From an uncultured delta proteobacterium (GTDB lineage Bacteria; Desulfobacterota; Binatia; Binatales; Binataceae): a stretch of 64,000 nucleotides of DNA. The position numbers and the translations under genes are program-made. Below, one piece after another: positions 9,519 to 18,120 of this stretch; the first letter of the stretch is position 1; each line of letters starts with the position of its first letter. The stretch covers positions 608,001 to 672,000 of the forward strand of contig CAVQEQ010000003.1 in the NCBI GenBank assembly GCA_963711565.1. The letters are read 5' to 3'. Below the pieces are notes generated by a model. It saw nothing but the letters and a program-made list of their open reading frames with translations, made no database searches and was not told where the DNA came from.

Positions 9519-10730
9519 TCACTCGACGATAGCCGAGTAGATGATGTTCCTGAGTTGTCCGCGAAAGTTGAAGGTGGCCGACGGCATCAGCTGCGTCATG
9601 AAGATCACCACCAGGTCTTCCTTAGGATCCACCCAGAAGATAGTCGAGGCCGCGCCGCCCCAGTAATAGTCGCCGCCGCCGAGCGCGCCGGCTTCGACCT
9701 GTCCGAGTGTCATCGCGAAGCCTAGCCCGAAGCCGACGCCTTCGTAGGCGGTCTCCGAGAACGCGCCGACCGCCATCCCGCTTAGGTCTTTGCCGCCGGC
9801 CAGGTGATTAAGATGCATCAACTCGATCGTACGAGGTCCGAGAATGCGCACGCCGTCCAGCTCACCTCCGCGGCGCAGCATTTCGCAGAAGCGTAGGTAG
9901 TCGGCAGTCGTGCCGGTCAATCCCCCGCCGCCGGAAAAGAAGGTCGGCTGCTTGAGATAGTTGCTGCGCTCGGGATCGTCTATCAGTTTGAGAGACTTAT
10001 CGGCCTGCCGTTCATAGTTAGCCGCAAGGCGATCCGCCTTGCGCTGCGCCACCATGAAGGAAGTATCCTTCATGTCGAGCGGATCGAAAATCGTCTCCTG
10101 CAGATATTGGTCGAAGCGCTTTCCGGATATCACCTCGACCAGGTAGCCGCATACGTCGGTCGATAACGAATACATCCATCGCTCGCCGGGCTGATAGCGC
10201 AGCGGCACCTTCGCCAGCTTGTCCGCGAATCCGCCAAGTGTCTCGCCCGCGCCGCGCCCCACTCCCACCTCGCGATAGGCGCGATCAACCGGATGATTGG
10301 TGGCGCCATAGGTAAGTCCACCGGTGTGGCTAAGCACGTGACGCATAGACATCGGCCGGGCCGGGGCCGCGGTCTCCATGCTCGGGCCTTCGCCCGAGAC
10401 CCACACCTTGTGATCACGCCATGCGGGGATAAAACGCGACACCGGATCGTTGAGCTGGAAATGACCCTGCTCGAAGAGAGTCATCAACGCGACCGACGTG
10501 ATCGGCTTGGTCATTGAATAGAGCCGGAAGATCGTATCGTCGGTCACGGGCTTGCGCCGCTCGCGATCCATCAAGCCTTGCGATTTGAAATAAGCTACGT
10601 GCCCATGCCTCGCTACCAACGTCTGGCATCCGGCTATTTTGCCGGGCGCGATGTAGTTCTTGTCGAGGTGCTCGGTAATCCGATTGATTCGTTCGGGCGC
10701 GAATCCGGCCCGCTTGGGTGCCAGTTCCAT
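9519..10730 (-). CDS. Serine hydrolase, beta-lactamase/class C esterase family
   Basis: FRLYSMTKP (SxxK), PGERWMYS, LSHTGG, WGGAAST; GAGGAGAGG RBS before ATG 10730. Confidence 0.92.
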   Translation of the reverse strand: MELAPKRAGFAPERINRITEHLDKNYIAPGKIAGCQTLVARHGHVAYFKSQGLMDRERRKPVTDDTIFRLYSMTKPITSVALMTLFEQGHFQLNDPVSRFIPAWRDHKVWVSGEGPSMETAAPARPMSMRHVLSHTGGLTYGATNHPVDRAYREVGVGRGAGETLGGFADKLAKVPLRYQPGERWMYSLSTDVCGYLVEVISGKRFDQYLQETIFDPLDMKDTSFMVAQRKADRLAANYERQADKSLKLIDDPERSNYLKQPTFFSGGGGLTGTTADYLRFCEMLRRGGELDGVRILGPRTIELMHLNHLAGGKDLSGMAVGAFSETAYEGVGFGLGFAMTLGQVEAGALGGGDYYWGGAASTIFWVDPKEDLVVIFMTQLMPSATFNFRGQLRNIIYSAIVE

Positions 10731-10765
10731 CTGTCCTCTCCTCAGTGGCGTCGAGCAGTCATAGC

Positions 10766-12109
10766 CTAAAAGTAAATCGGATCCACATACAAGCCGCGAG
10801 TGGCGGCGCCCGGCGGCTCGGGGATTCCGAATGAAATCACCACGTACCGTTCCAACTCGCTCGCCAGTGCGCGCACGCGCTCGTATCCCGCGGAATCCTC
10901 GGACGTGAAGACCGACAGCCGGTCGAGCCCGCGATCGCGGAGCCATCCGCATTGCGCGCGAAGTAACGCTTCGAACTCGTGCTCCGCACCCGGCAAAAAT
11001 CCCCAGTCCAGCGCGAGACCGCGCCGCGATTCGATGCGATTCTCCTTCGACTCGATGATAAACCGCACCGTCTCTCCCGCCGGCCAGACGCCCACCACAG
11101 CGCGATCGGTCATCCGCAACCGTTCCCAGCAGTAATCTCGTGGAGAACGCTCGACGCGCGCGGTGAACGACGCGACCGTGTACGGCTGGTACATTTCGTC
11201 TGACTCGTGCGTAGCGTTGAGAATCTCGACGATTCGCGGCGCGTCGCGCGGCGTTGCAGGTCTTCCGATTTGCGGCCCCGCGAGCGACGCGCATGGAAGC
11301 TGCGCGCGAATCTGATGCGTGCTCCATCGCGGCGCACCCGCAAATCCTCGCAGCATCGCGGCATTGTCGACCGACGGATACGCTGTGCTCCCGTCCACCG
11401 ATCCTTCCGGGTACTTCTCGTCGAACACGCGGTTTATCGCGCCCCACAAACCCTTCTTCTGATGCTCGGGAAGAATCCGCAGATGCGCGAACGCGTGGAT
11501 GCGATAATCGCGCCCTCCGACGCGCACCGTGTGAAGCGCGGCCACGTTCACGCCTGCCGGCTTTCCATCCACGAAACCCAGCGCAACCAGGAAGTTGTCC
11601 ATCAGGCGGGTGAACGCGAAGTAGTCGTCGCCGCGCTCGATCGTCATCGTAGTGCCGTCGCCCAGTACGATCGGGCATCGCCGCTCGATGTCGGAGAGCA
11701 CGGCCGCGTCGGCGATCGTCGCCGCGCGCGATACCACTTCGAAATCGAGGATACGCTCGCGAGTGAGCAGGGTTATGCGATGCGGCTCGCTGTCCTCGAC
11801 CTCGCACGTCAGCAGAAATTTCTTGTCGCCCCCGGACGCCAGGGTGACCGCCACGTGGAAGTCGGACACCTGCTCAACCGACGCCACCCTGAAATCGCCG
11901 TAGCTCTGATTGCAGCGCTTCCATCCTCCCGTACTCACTTCGTGCGGGTAAGGAAATGGCGCGCGCACGACCATGTTCAGCGCGCATCCTGCGGCGAGCT
12001 CAGCCTCGGACGAGCCTTCGACGCCCGAGCTGACGCGCTCGAGATACCACGCGAGCTGGCGTCCCGCAGGACCGTCCGGAATTTCGGGAAATGTCTTCAC
12101 CGCGGCCAC
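10766..12109 (-). CDS. Hypothetical protein: N-terminal Cpe/LpqF-like domain plus tandem GNAT-like domains
   Basis: N-term IPDGPAGRQLAWYL; RAATIADA...LRILPEHQKKGLW (acetyl-CoA binding motif A-like); second RPATPRDAPRIVEILN repeat. GTG start. Confidence 0.6.
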   Translation of the reverse strand: MAAVKTFPEIPDGPAGRQLAWYLERVSSGVEGSSEAELAAGCALNMVVRAPFPYPHEVSTGGWKRCNQSYGDFRVASVEQVSDFHVAVTLASGGDKKFLLTCEVEDSEPHRITLLTRERILDFEVVSRAATIADAAVLSDIERRCPIVLGDGTTMTIERGDDYFAFTRLMDNFLVALGFVDGKPAGVNVAALHTVRVGGRDYRIHAFAHLRILPEHQKKGLWGAINRVFDEKYPEGSVDGSTAYPSVDNAAMLRGFAGAPRWSTHQIRAQLPCASLAGPQIGRPATPRDAPRIVEILNATHESDEMYQPYTVASFTARVERSPRDYCWERLRMTDRAVVGVWPAGETVRFIIESKENRIESRRGLALDWGFLPGAEHEFEALLRAQCGWLRDRGLDRLSVFTSEDSAGYERVRALASELERYVVISFGIPEPPGAATRGLYVDPIYF

Positions 12110-12201
12110 GATGATGATCTAGTACGAATTCGCGCAATTGTCGCGCGCCGGTGGAAGAGTCCGGGCACGCAAACGGTTGGGATCGGCGAAGCTCGACGGC
12201 G

Positions 12202-13020
12202 TCAGATGTCGTATTCGGTCAGCAGAGCGCGTCTTAATTTTGCGAAGTGAACCACCCCTGCCAGGTATTGAAGCTTCTTGGTCGAGGAAAGTTGCGCGCC
12301 GAAGCTCAGGCCGAATCGACCTTCGAAGTATTTGAGCACCGTCGTGGAGACTGAATCGGGGAGTTCCGCGGAGGCGGATTTAGACTGCCTCCCTTGTTGC
12401 CCGGCTTCCAGGAAAATCTTTCGCGCGATTGCCTCGGGAAATACACCGAGGCTTACGAGAATGTCGGCTGCTAGTTCTTCAGGATCGTCGAGATGTTCTC
12501 GGTAGGCGGTGTAGCTCAACAACTGAGCATGCTGCTTGTGCGAATCAAAGAGCCGACCGACCAGGTGATGGCCCATTTCGTGAGAGAATGCCGCGCCGAT
12601 CGCCGCGGGATGATGCGCGGTGTTCACGCAGATCAGCGGCAACCGTGAACGACCCATTTCTCGCACGTAAAATCCCAACAAGGCGGATCCTTGCGGTCCA
12701 GTGAGCTTTGCCAGTTGGAACTGAACTCCCAAGTCCGACCAGTGACGCTTGAATTCGGCGGGCGAAACCAGTCTCACGTATTCATCATTCAAATGCGGCC
12801 AGACGGTACTCCTGGCTTCCGCAATGATTTCTCGAACCTCGGAGCGGCCCAGCGATCTTCTGAGAGGGAGCCCGTAGTCGTTTCGCGCGAGAGCGCGAAT
12901 TTCCGCGCCGGCGCTGCGCGAGGCTGACGACCAAGGGCGCGGACCGTCGCTCGAATTCATTATTTGCGCCGCCAATGCGTCGAAAATCGATGCGGTTTGA
13001 CTTGTAGCTTTGTTTGTCAA
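12202..13020 (-). CDS. ImmA/IrrE-family (M78) zinc metallo-endopeptidase
   Basis: ICVN...AFSHEMGHH (HExxH) ...EELAAD downstream Glu; TTG start 13020 preceded by GGAGAGGGGG (alternative ATG 12960). Confidence 0.75.
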   Translation of the reverse strand: MTNKATSQTASIFDALAAQIMNSSDGPRPWSSASRSAGAEIRALARNDYGLPLRRSLGRSEVREIIAEARSTVWPHLNDEYVRLVSPAEFKRHWSDLGVQFQLAKLTGPQGSALLGFYVREMGRSRLPLICVNTAHHPAAIGAAFSHEMGHHLVGRLFDSHKQHAQLLSYTAYREHLDDPEELAADILVSLGVFPEAIARKIFLEAGQQGRQSKSASAELPDSVSTTVLKYFEGRFGLSFGAQLSSTKKLQYLAGVVHFAKLRRALLTEYDI

Positions 13021-13388
13021 GAGTTCCCCCTCTCCCAAACCTGCCCTCGGGTCCAAAATGACGACAGACCACTCCAAAGGCAGCTAACGCAAGTCTACAT
13101 ATCACACCTTTAGCCGAAAGCAAAATCCAAAATTCGGGCGAAGTATCCATCTGCGGATTATTGACTATTTGTCATCAGATGGAGTTAAAACGTGACTGAT
13201 CGTCTGCTTTCCAATGATTGTACTGACAAACTTCGGACGACGAGAACGTCAGCATTTTGCTACGCGGTCTCGCCGTCCGATCGCTCGGGTCGTCCGAGCG
13301 AGGTCCCGCGGGCCACCGCGCACGGACTGACCACAGCCCGCCTCGCCACCTCACAATCGCTCATCTGAAAACAATAAGGAGACATCCA

Positions 13389-14066
13389 ATGGAAATGCGC
13401 CTCTTAACCACGGAGGGCGAACGACACGTTTTCGCCCAACGGCTCGCGGACGCGCGCGCTCGCCATGGCGCCAGCTACAGAGACGTAGGCCGCTCGCGGG
13501 CGAGAAATATGGTTCGCCTGGCCGCCGCGGATATCTACGGCTTGTTCGAGACCGAAGGTGACCACGCGGAACGCATGGCCGCCGGCGTCGCGCTTCACGA
13601 TCTCGCGGTCTATCCGCAAAGCTGTCCGCAGCCCGATCTCTCGGGCTATGCGCCTCAATCGGTGCTTGAGTGCAGTGACCATTGGTCGCTGTCGCGAGGC
13701 GCCGGCATGCGTGCGTGGCGCGGCATCGCGGTTCAGGTCGTTCGCCGAAACCCTAATGCGGTCCTCGTCTATCTGGCCGTCGGAACTCATGACGGATTCT
13801 ACACGGCGATGGGCTTCGTCAATGCGGGCGAGCCGGTCGAGTATCCGTATCTCGAGGAGCCCGGCCAGCGTCGGCCGTGGGTTCAGCCGAAGATCCTCGA
13901 AGGGGAAGCGCTGGCGAGACTGACTGCCAACGTGCACCGGTTGAAGATCGAAACTCCAGACAACTATCGAACTATCCGGTTCGACAACTGCGATCGGTTG
14001 AGACCCGCGGCGAATCGGTATCGGCCCGGAATCGGCGAAATGGCTGCCGCAGCCGCTCACGTCTGA
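13389..14066 (+). CDS. Hypothetical protein with GNAT-like fold (LuxI/FeeM/thermostable-hemolysin-like acyltransferase candidate)
   Basis: AGGAGA RBS before ATG 13389; MEMRLLTTEGER start, VLECSDHWSLSRGAG, and GFYTAMGFVNAGEP resembling GNAT motif B. Confidence 0.55.
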   Translation: MEMRLLTTEGERHVFAQRLADARARHGASYRDVGRSRARNMVRLAAADIYGLFETEGDHAERMAAGVALHDLAVYPQSCPQPDLSGYAPQSVLECSDHWSLSRGAGMRAWRGIAVQVVRRNPNAVLVYLAVGTHDGFYTAMGFVNAGEPVEYPYLEEPGQRRPWVQPKILEGEALARLTANVHRLKIETPDNYRTIRFDNCDRLRPAANRYRPGIGEMAAAAAHV

Positions 14067-14158
14067 TTCCGCCCTTCGATGGATCCGTAGGATTGGTTAC
14101 AAACATTCTTTCCGAATCCGCGAAGACCATGCGGATTTGCTCAAACGAGGAAAAATCA

Positions 14159-15169
14159 ATGAACATCGATCTCACAAAAGATCGCGAGGCGCAGGAGCGT
14201 CGGTCGGACGCTTTTGATGGCGCTATTCCAGTCAAACTGACCAAGGAGGAGCTGCGCGAATTGTCGGCGCTGAGCCCGCTCAGAAGCACGCTTCATATTC
14301 TTGCCGAATGGACGCTGATAGTGGCTGCGATATTTCTCTGCCGACGACACTTCCGCATCGCTGCGTACCTGCTGACTGTCGCATTCATCGGAGCGCGGCA
14401 ACACGCGCTGCTCATCCTGATGCATGACGGCGTGCACTACCGGCTATTCCGTGACCGGCGGCTGAATGATTGGACCGCCGAGATCATCCTGGCATGGCCG
14501 AACCTGATATCGGCGCGCGCTTATCGCAAGAACCATTTCGCGCATCATCGTTATCTGAATACCGGCCAGGATCCCGACTGGGCCCGCCGCCAGGACGACG
14601 CGTCGTGGGTCTTTCCCATGCGCTTGCGGCGACTCGCGATGCTGATACTTCGCGACGCATCCGGCCTCGGCGCGATCTTCTATCTCATGCTGGTGAGAAC
14701 CCTTCTCTCGAAAGACACCGGCGGGAGCCGCGGCTTTCTGGCCGCTCGATACGGCTTCTACGCGGCGGTCGTCGCGATCTTCGCCTGGTTCGGCGCGCTC
14801 CACCTGCTCCTGATGTACTGGATCGTTCCGCTGTTCACCTGGCTGATCGTGATCTTCCGCGTGCGCAGCATCGCCGAACACTCCGCCATCGAAGGCCGCG
14901 CCAACGCATACGCGCAGACGCGATCCACGCGCGCATCCTTGCTCGAGCACATCTTCGTCGCGCCAAAGAACGTCAACTACCACATCGAGCATCACTTCTA
15001 CCCCAGCGTGCCGTTCTATCGGTTGCCGGAGCTTCATCGCGTGCTGATGTCGAAGTCGGACTTCAAGGATTCCGTTCACGTGACGCGCAGCTATCTTGGT
15101 GTGCTCCGCGAATGCGTTCGCAGCTCGCATCCGATTCTCACGCTGCGTCCGAGTCGCGCCCAAGCATGA
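14159..15169 (+). CDS. Membrane fatty acid desaturase family protein
   Basis: Three His boxes HDGVH, HFAHH, HIEHH plus AEH; hydrophobic segments; GAGG RBS before ATG 14159. Confidence 0.92.
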   Translation: MNIDLTKDREAQERRSDAFDGAIPVKLTKEELRELSALSPLRSTLHILAEWTLIVAAIFLCRRHFRIAAYLLTVAFIGARQHALLILMHDGVHYRLFRDRRLNDWTAEIILAWPNLISARAYRKNHFAHHRYLNTGQDPDWARRQDDASWVFPMRLRRLAMLILRDASGLGAIFYLMLVRTLLSKDTGGSRGFLAARYGFYAAVVAIFAWFGALHLLLMYWIVPLFTWLIVIFRVRSIAEHSAIEGRANAYAQTRSTRASLLEHIFVAPKNVNYHIEHHFYPSVPFYRLPELHRVLMSKSDFKDSVHVTRSYLGVLRECVRSSHPILTLRPSRAQA

Positions 15170-15177
15170 ACGCAAAG

Positions 15178-15209
15178 GCGGCGGCGGACTGTAGAAGGTC
15201 CGCCGCCGC
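15178..15209. terminator. GC-rich hairpin between convergent desaturase and amidohydrolase genes
   Basis: GCGGCGGCGGAC-N8-GTCCGCCGCCGC 12-bp stem; short U-run only on the minus strand. Confidence 0.55.
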
Positions 15210-15241
15210 TGAATGACGACAACTGATTTTCTCGCGTCGAG

Positions 15242-16423
15242 CTAGGACGCGCGCGCCTCGGGAAATACGCGGAGAAAGTTTTCCGAGTAGAAGCGGTCGC
15301 GGATTTGTCCGGAATGATCTCCGAGCGACGCCTCGAAGCGGGCGATCGGATTGCGGCCGCCCTCGGTGTGCGGATAGTCGGTCGAGAACAAGTACAGGTC
15401 CGGGTTTGACTGATCGATCAGAGCGCCGACGTCCTCGAACACGAACGGCGTGAATGCCATCTGCTGCGTGAGCTGTTCCGACGGCTTGCGCGTGAAGCGC
15501 GAGAGGTTCGCATCCGTCTTGCTCCAGATCTTCACCGTCCAGTCCAGCCGCACGAGCATCGCCGGCACCCATCCGGCGCCCAGCTCGACGCATGCGCCGC
15601 GCAGTTTCGGGAACCGCTCGAATACGCCATCAATCAACATCATCGAAAGGAAAGTCTCCGGCCCCTGGTGCAGGACTGCCATGTCCTTGGTCCGAAGATT
15701 CTCGCCACCGCCCATCCAATCTTTGACCGGTGGCCGGCCGTTGTTTATCCACGCCTTATCGAGTTGCAGCGGCGAGCCGCCGACATGCATCACGAACGGC
15801 GTGTTCGATTCGACCAGCCTCGCCCAGAAGGGATCAAACTCGACGTGACCGGGAGAGCGGCCGCCGCACGCGTGATGCGGCACCCAAATGGCCCCGGCGC
15901 CACTCTTCAACGCGAACTCGAGTTCCTCGAGCGCGAATGCGGGATCGTCGAGCGGCGCGATGGCGACACCCATCAGACGCGAGTCGTGCGCGCAAAAGTC
16001 CGCCATGTGCCGGTTGTGGGCGCGCGCCGCTCCGTAGCGCAGCTTCGGCGGGATTTTCGAGCTCGGCGAAAACGGCATCGTGACACTGTGCGTCGCGAAC
16101 ACGAGCTGCTTCTTGAAGCCGAGCATGTCCATCGCCTTCGAGCGTTCGCGGCCGTCAAACGCGCCCAACGCCTGGATCTCTTTCGATCGTTCGATTAACT
16201 GATCGCCGAGTGCGATCATCTCGGCGACATGTTCCGCAGTATGCCGCCCCCCGCGCGCCATGATCTCGGCGACTTCTTCATCGGTGACGAGCGACGCGCT
16301 GTAGCTTACGGCCGGGATGTCCGCGCGCAGCTCCGGGTCGGCATACTTCTGCAGAAAATCCGGAAGCTCCATGATATGGCTGTCGGCGTCGTAAATCGGC
16401 CGATTGTTGGGTGCATAAGCCAT
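15242..16423 (-). CDS. Amidohydrolase family 2 (metal-dependent hydrolase/decarboxylase)
   Basis: DADSHIME, MHVG, FERFPKLR..VELGAGW, FSTDYPHTEG. Confidence 0.92.
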   Translation of the reverse strand: MAYAPNNRPIYDADSHIMELPDFLQKYADPELRADIPAVSYSASLVTDEEVAEIMARGGRHTAEHVAEMIALGDQLIERSKEIQALGAFDGRERSKAMDMLGFKKQLVFATHSVTMPFSPSSKIPPKLRYGAARAHNRHMADFCAHDSRLMGVAIAPLDDPAFALEELEFALKSGAGAIWVPHHACGGRSPGHVEFDPFWARLVESNTPFVMHVGGSPLQLDKAWINNGRPPVKDWMGGGENLRTKDMAVLHQGPETFLSMMLIDGVFERFPKLRGACVELGAGWVPAMLVRLDWTVKIWSKTDANLSRFTRKPSEQLTQQMAFTPFVFEDVGALIDQSNPDLYLFSTDYPHTEGGRNPIARFEASLGDHSGQIRDRFYSENFLRVFPEARAS

Positions 16424-16511
16424 GACGGTTACCTCTGCTTGCCGCGTGCTCTTGCAGAATGCTCGAGGCCGATTAAAGCACCAACGTCAGCATCCGCTCA
16501 AGGAAGGCGAC

Positions 16512-16767
16512 TCCTAACCTCTCCTTGTCCCAGGAGAGGTCGGCGTAAGCCGCTTGAAAAGCGGCGTCGCCGGGTGAGGTGCAACGCAAGACACCGCACC
16601 AGCACCGACTCGTTTAACCACGATTGACAGACACTAAAAGCCCCCAGCAGCACCTTCTGGCGTGCTGCAAAAGGTCAGCGCGCTCACCGCGACGGCCAGC
16701 GTTGCACCTCACCCGTCGCTCACCTTCGGCTCGCGCCGACCTCCCCTCGGACAAGGGGAGGTTAGGA
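16512..16767. repeat. REPIN/MITE-like element: two ~70-75 bp inverted palindromic repeats around a ~110 bp core
   Basis: 16512-16587 TCCTAACCTCTCCTTGTCCCAGGAGAGGTCGGCG...CGGGTGAGGTGCAACGC matches the reverse complement of 16699-16767; each arm has an internal hairpin. Confidence 0.8.
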
Positions 16768-16865
16768 TCGGGCAGACCTGCAGGTTTCAAATCTAATCAG
16801 GTTCTCACCAGTTTGGACTCGCGCCAATGCTGGCGTTCTGATGACATAGTACCCCGGAGGCGCCA

Positions 16866-18062
16866 ATGGCTCAGGCAGATTTCTACTTCAACCCGTTCGA
16901 TCCTGAGTTCCGCGCGAATCCCTATCCGCATTTTCCCGCGCTGCTCGACGGTCCGCCGCGACAGCTCAAGCTGTTCATGCCAACGACGCTCATCGCCCGC
17001 TATGACGACGTCATTACCGTTCTGCATGACCACGAGCGCTTCACCGTTCGGCGGCCCGAAATTCCGTATCGCGAGCGGATCGATCCGTTTGGCGGCGCGC
17101 CGACGATTCTCACCGCGGACCCGCCGGTGCATTCACGTCTGCGAAGGCTGGTCAGCAAGGCATTCACGCCGCGGCGTGTGCGCGAACTCGAGCCGCGAGT
17201 GCGCGAGATAACGATCGACCTGCTGCGCGGCGCGGCCGACTCGGCCGAAGTGGAAGCGATGACGATGCTGGCGAATCCGCTGCCGGTGATTGTTATCGCG
17301 GAATTGTTGGGCGTCTCGGCCAGCGATCACGCGCAGTTCAAGCAATGGTCCAACGATATGATCAGCTCATTCGGCCAGGATATGGCGACCGGCCCGTCTC
17401 CCGCGGGCCTGGCGGCGAAAGATAATCTGCGCCGCTACCTGGCCGAGGCGATTAAGCAGCGCAGCGCGAATCCCGCCGACGATCTGATAAGCGCCCTGGT
17501 CACTGCGCGCGACGAGTCCGACGCGCTCAGCGAAAATGAGTTGCTCGCATTCGTCGTATTGCTGCTACTCGCTGGAAATGAAACGACTACCAATCTGATA
17601 GGCAACGGTCTGCTGGCGCTGTGCCGCAATCCCGAGCAGCAGCAACGACTTCGCGAGAACCACGAATTGATCCCGAACGCGATCGAGGAGATGCTGCGTT
17701 ACGATCCGCCGGTGCAGATGACAGTGCGGATGCCGACGGCGCCGACCAGCGTCGGCGGCACCGAGATTCCCGCCGGCAGCCTCGCTTTCATCCTGCTGGC
17801 GGCGGCGAATCGCGACCCCGCGCATTTCCCGAATCCGGAAAGCTTCGACGTCGCGCGCGATCCCAACGAGCACGTTTCATTTGGCGAAGGAATTCATTTC
17901 TGCCTCGGCGCGCCGCTGGCGCGGCTTGAAGGCGCAATCGCGATCGAATCGATGCTTGAGAAATTCCCGCGCCTGCAACTGGCGAACCCGCAGGACAAAC
18001 TGGAGTATCGCGGCTCGATGGCGCTGCGAGGCCTGAGCGAACTTCGCCTGTCGGGCCGCTAG
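16866..18062 (+). CDS. Cytochrome P450
   Basis: DPPVHSRLR, AGNETT I-helix, EEMLR (ExxR), FGEGIHFCLG heme ligand; GGAGG RBS. Confidence 0.96.
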   Translation: MAQADFYFNPFDPEFRANPYPHFPALLDGPPRQLKLFMPTTLIARYDDVITVLHDHERFTVRRPEIPYRERIDPFGGAPTILTADPPVHSRLRRLVSKAFTPRRVRELEPRVREITIDLLRGAADSAEVEAMTMLANPLPVIVIAELLGVSASDHAQFKQWSNDMISSFGQDMATGPSPAGLAAKDNLRRYLAEAIKQRSANPADDLISALVTARDESDALSENELLAFVVLLLLAGNETTTNLIGNGLLALCRNPEQQQRLRENHELIPNAIEEMLRYDPPVQMTVRMPTAPTSVGGTEIPAGSLAFILLAAANRDPAHFPNPESFDVARDPNEHVSFGEGIHFCLGAPLARLEGAIAIESMLEKFPRLQLANPQDKLEYRGSMALRGLSELRLSGR

Positions 18063-18120
18063 TCCGTGACCTTCTGACGCCGCTGCGATTTCGCTCATAT
18101 GTGCCTTTCATCCGTCGGCG

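Noticed and set aside
9519-11807. 762-aa ORF suggesting a long N-terminal extension or frameshift fusion of the serine hydrolase with the GNAT gene
   Set aside because: The upstream part is Arg-rich off-frame translation of the 10766-12109 gene; the hydrolase has its own strong RBS and ATG at 10730.
16424-16865. CRISPR array or coding sequence in the amidohydrolase-P450 spacer
   Set aside because: Repeats are two inverted arms, not regularly spaced direct repeats; no cas genes; overlapping ORFs lack coding features.
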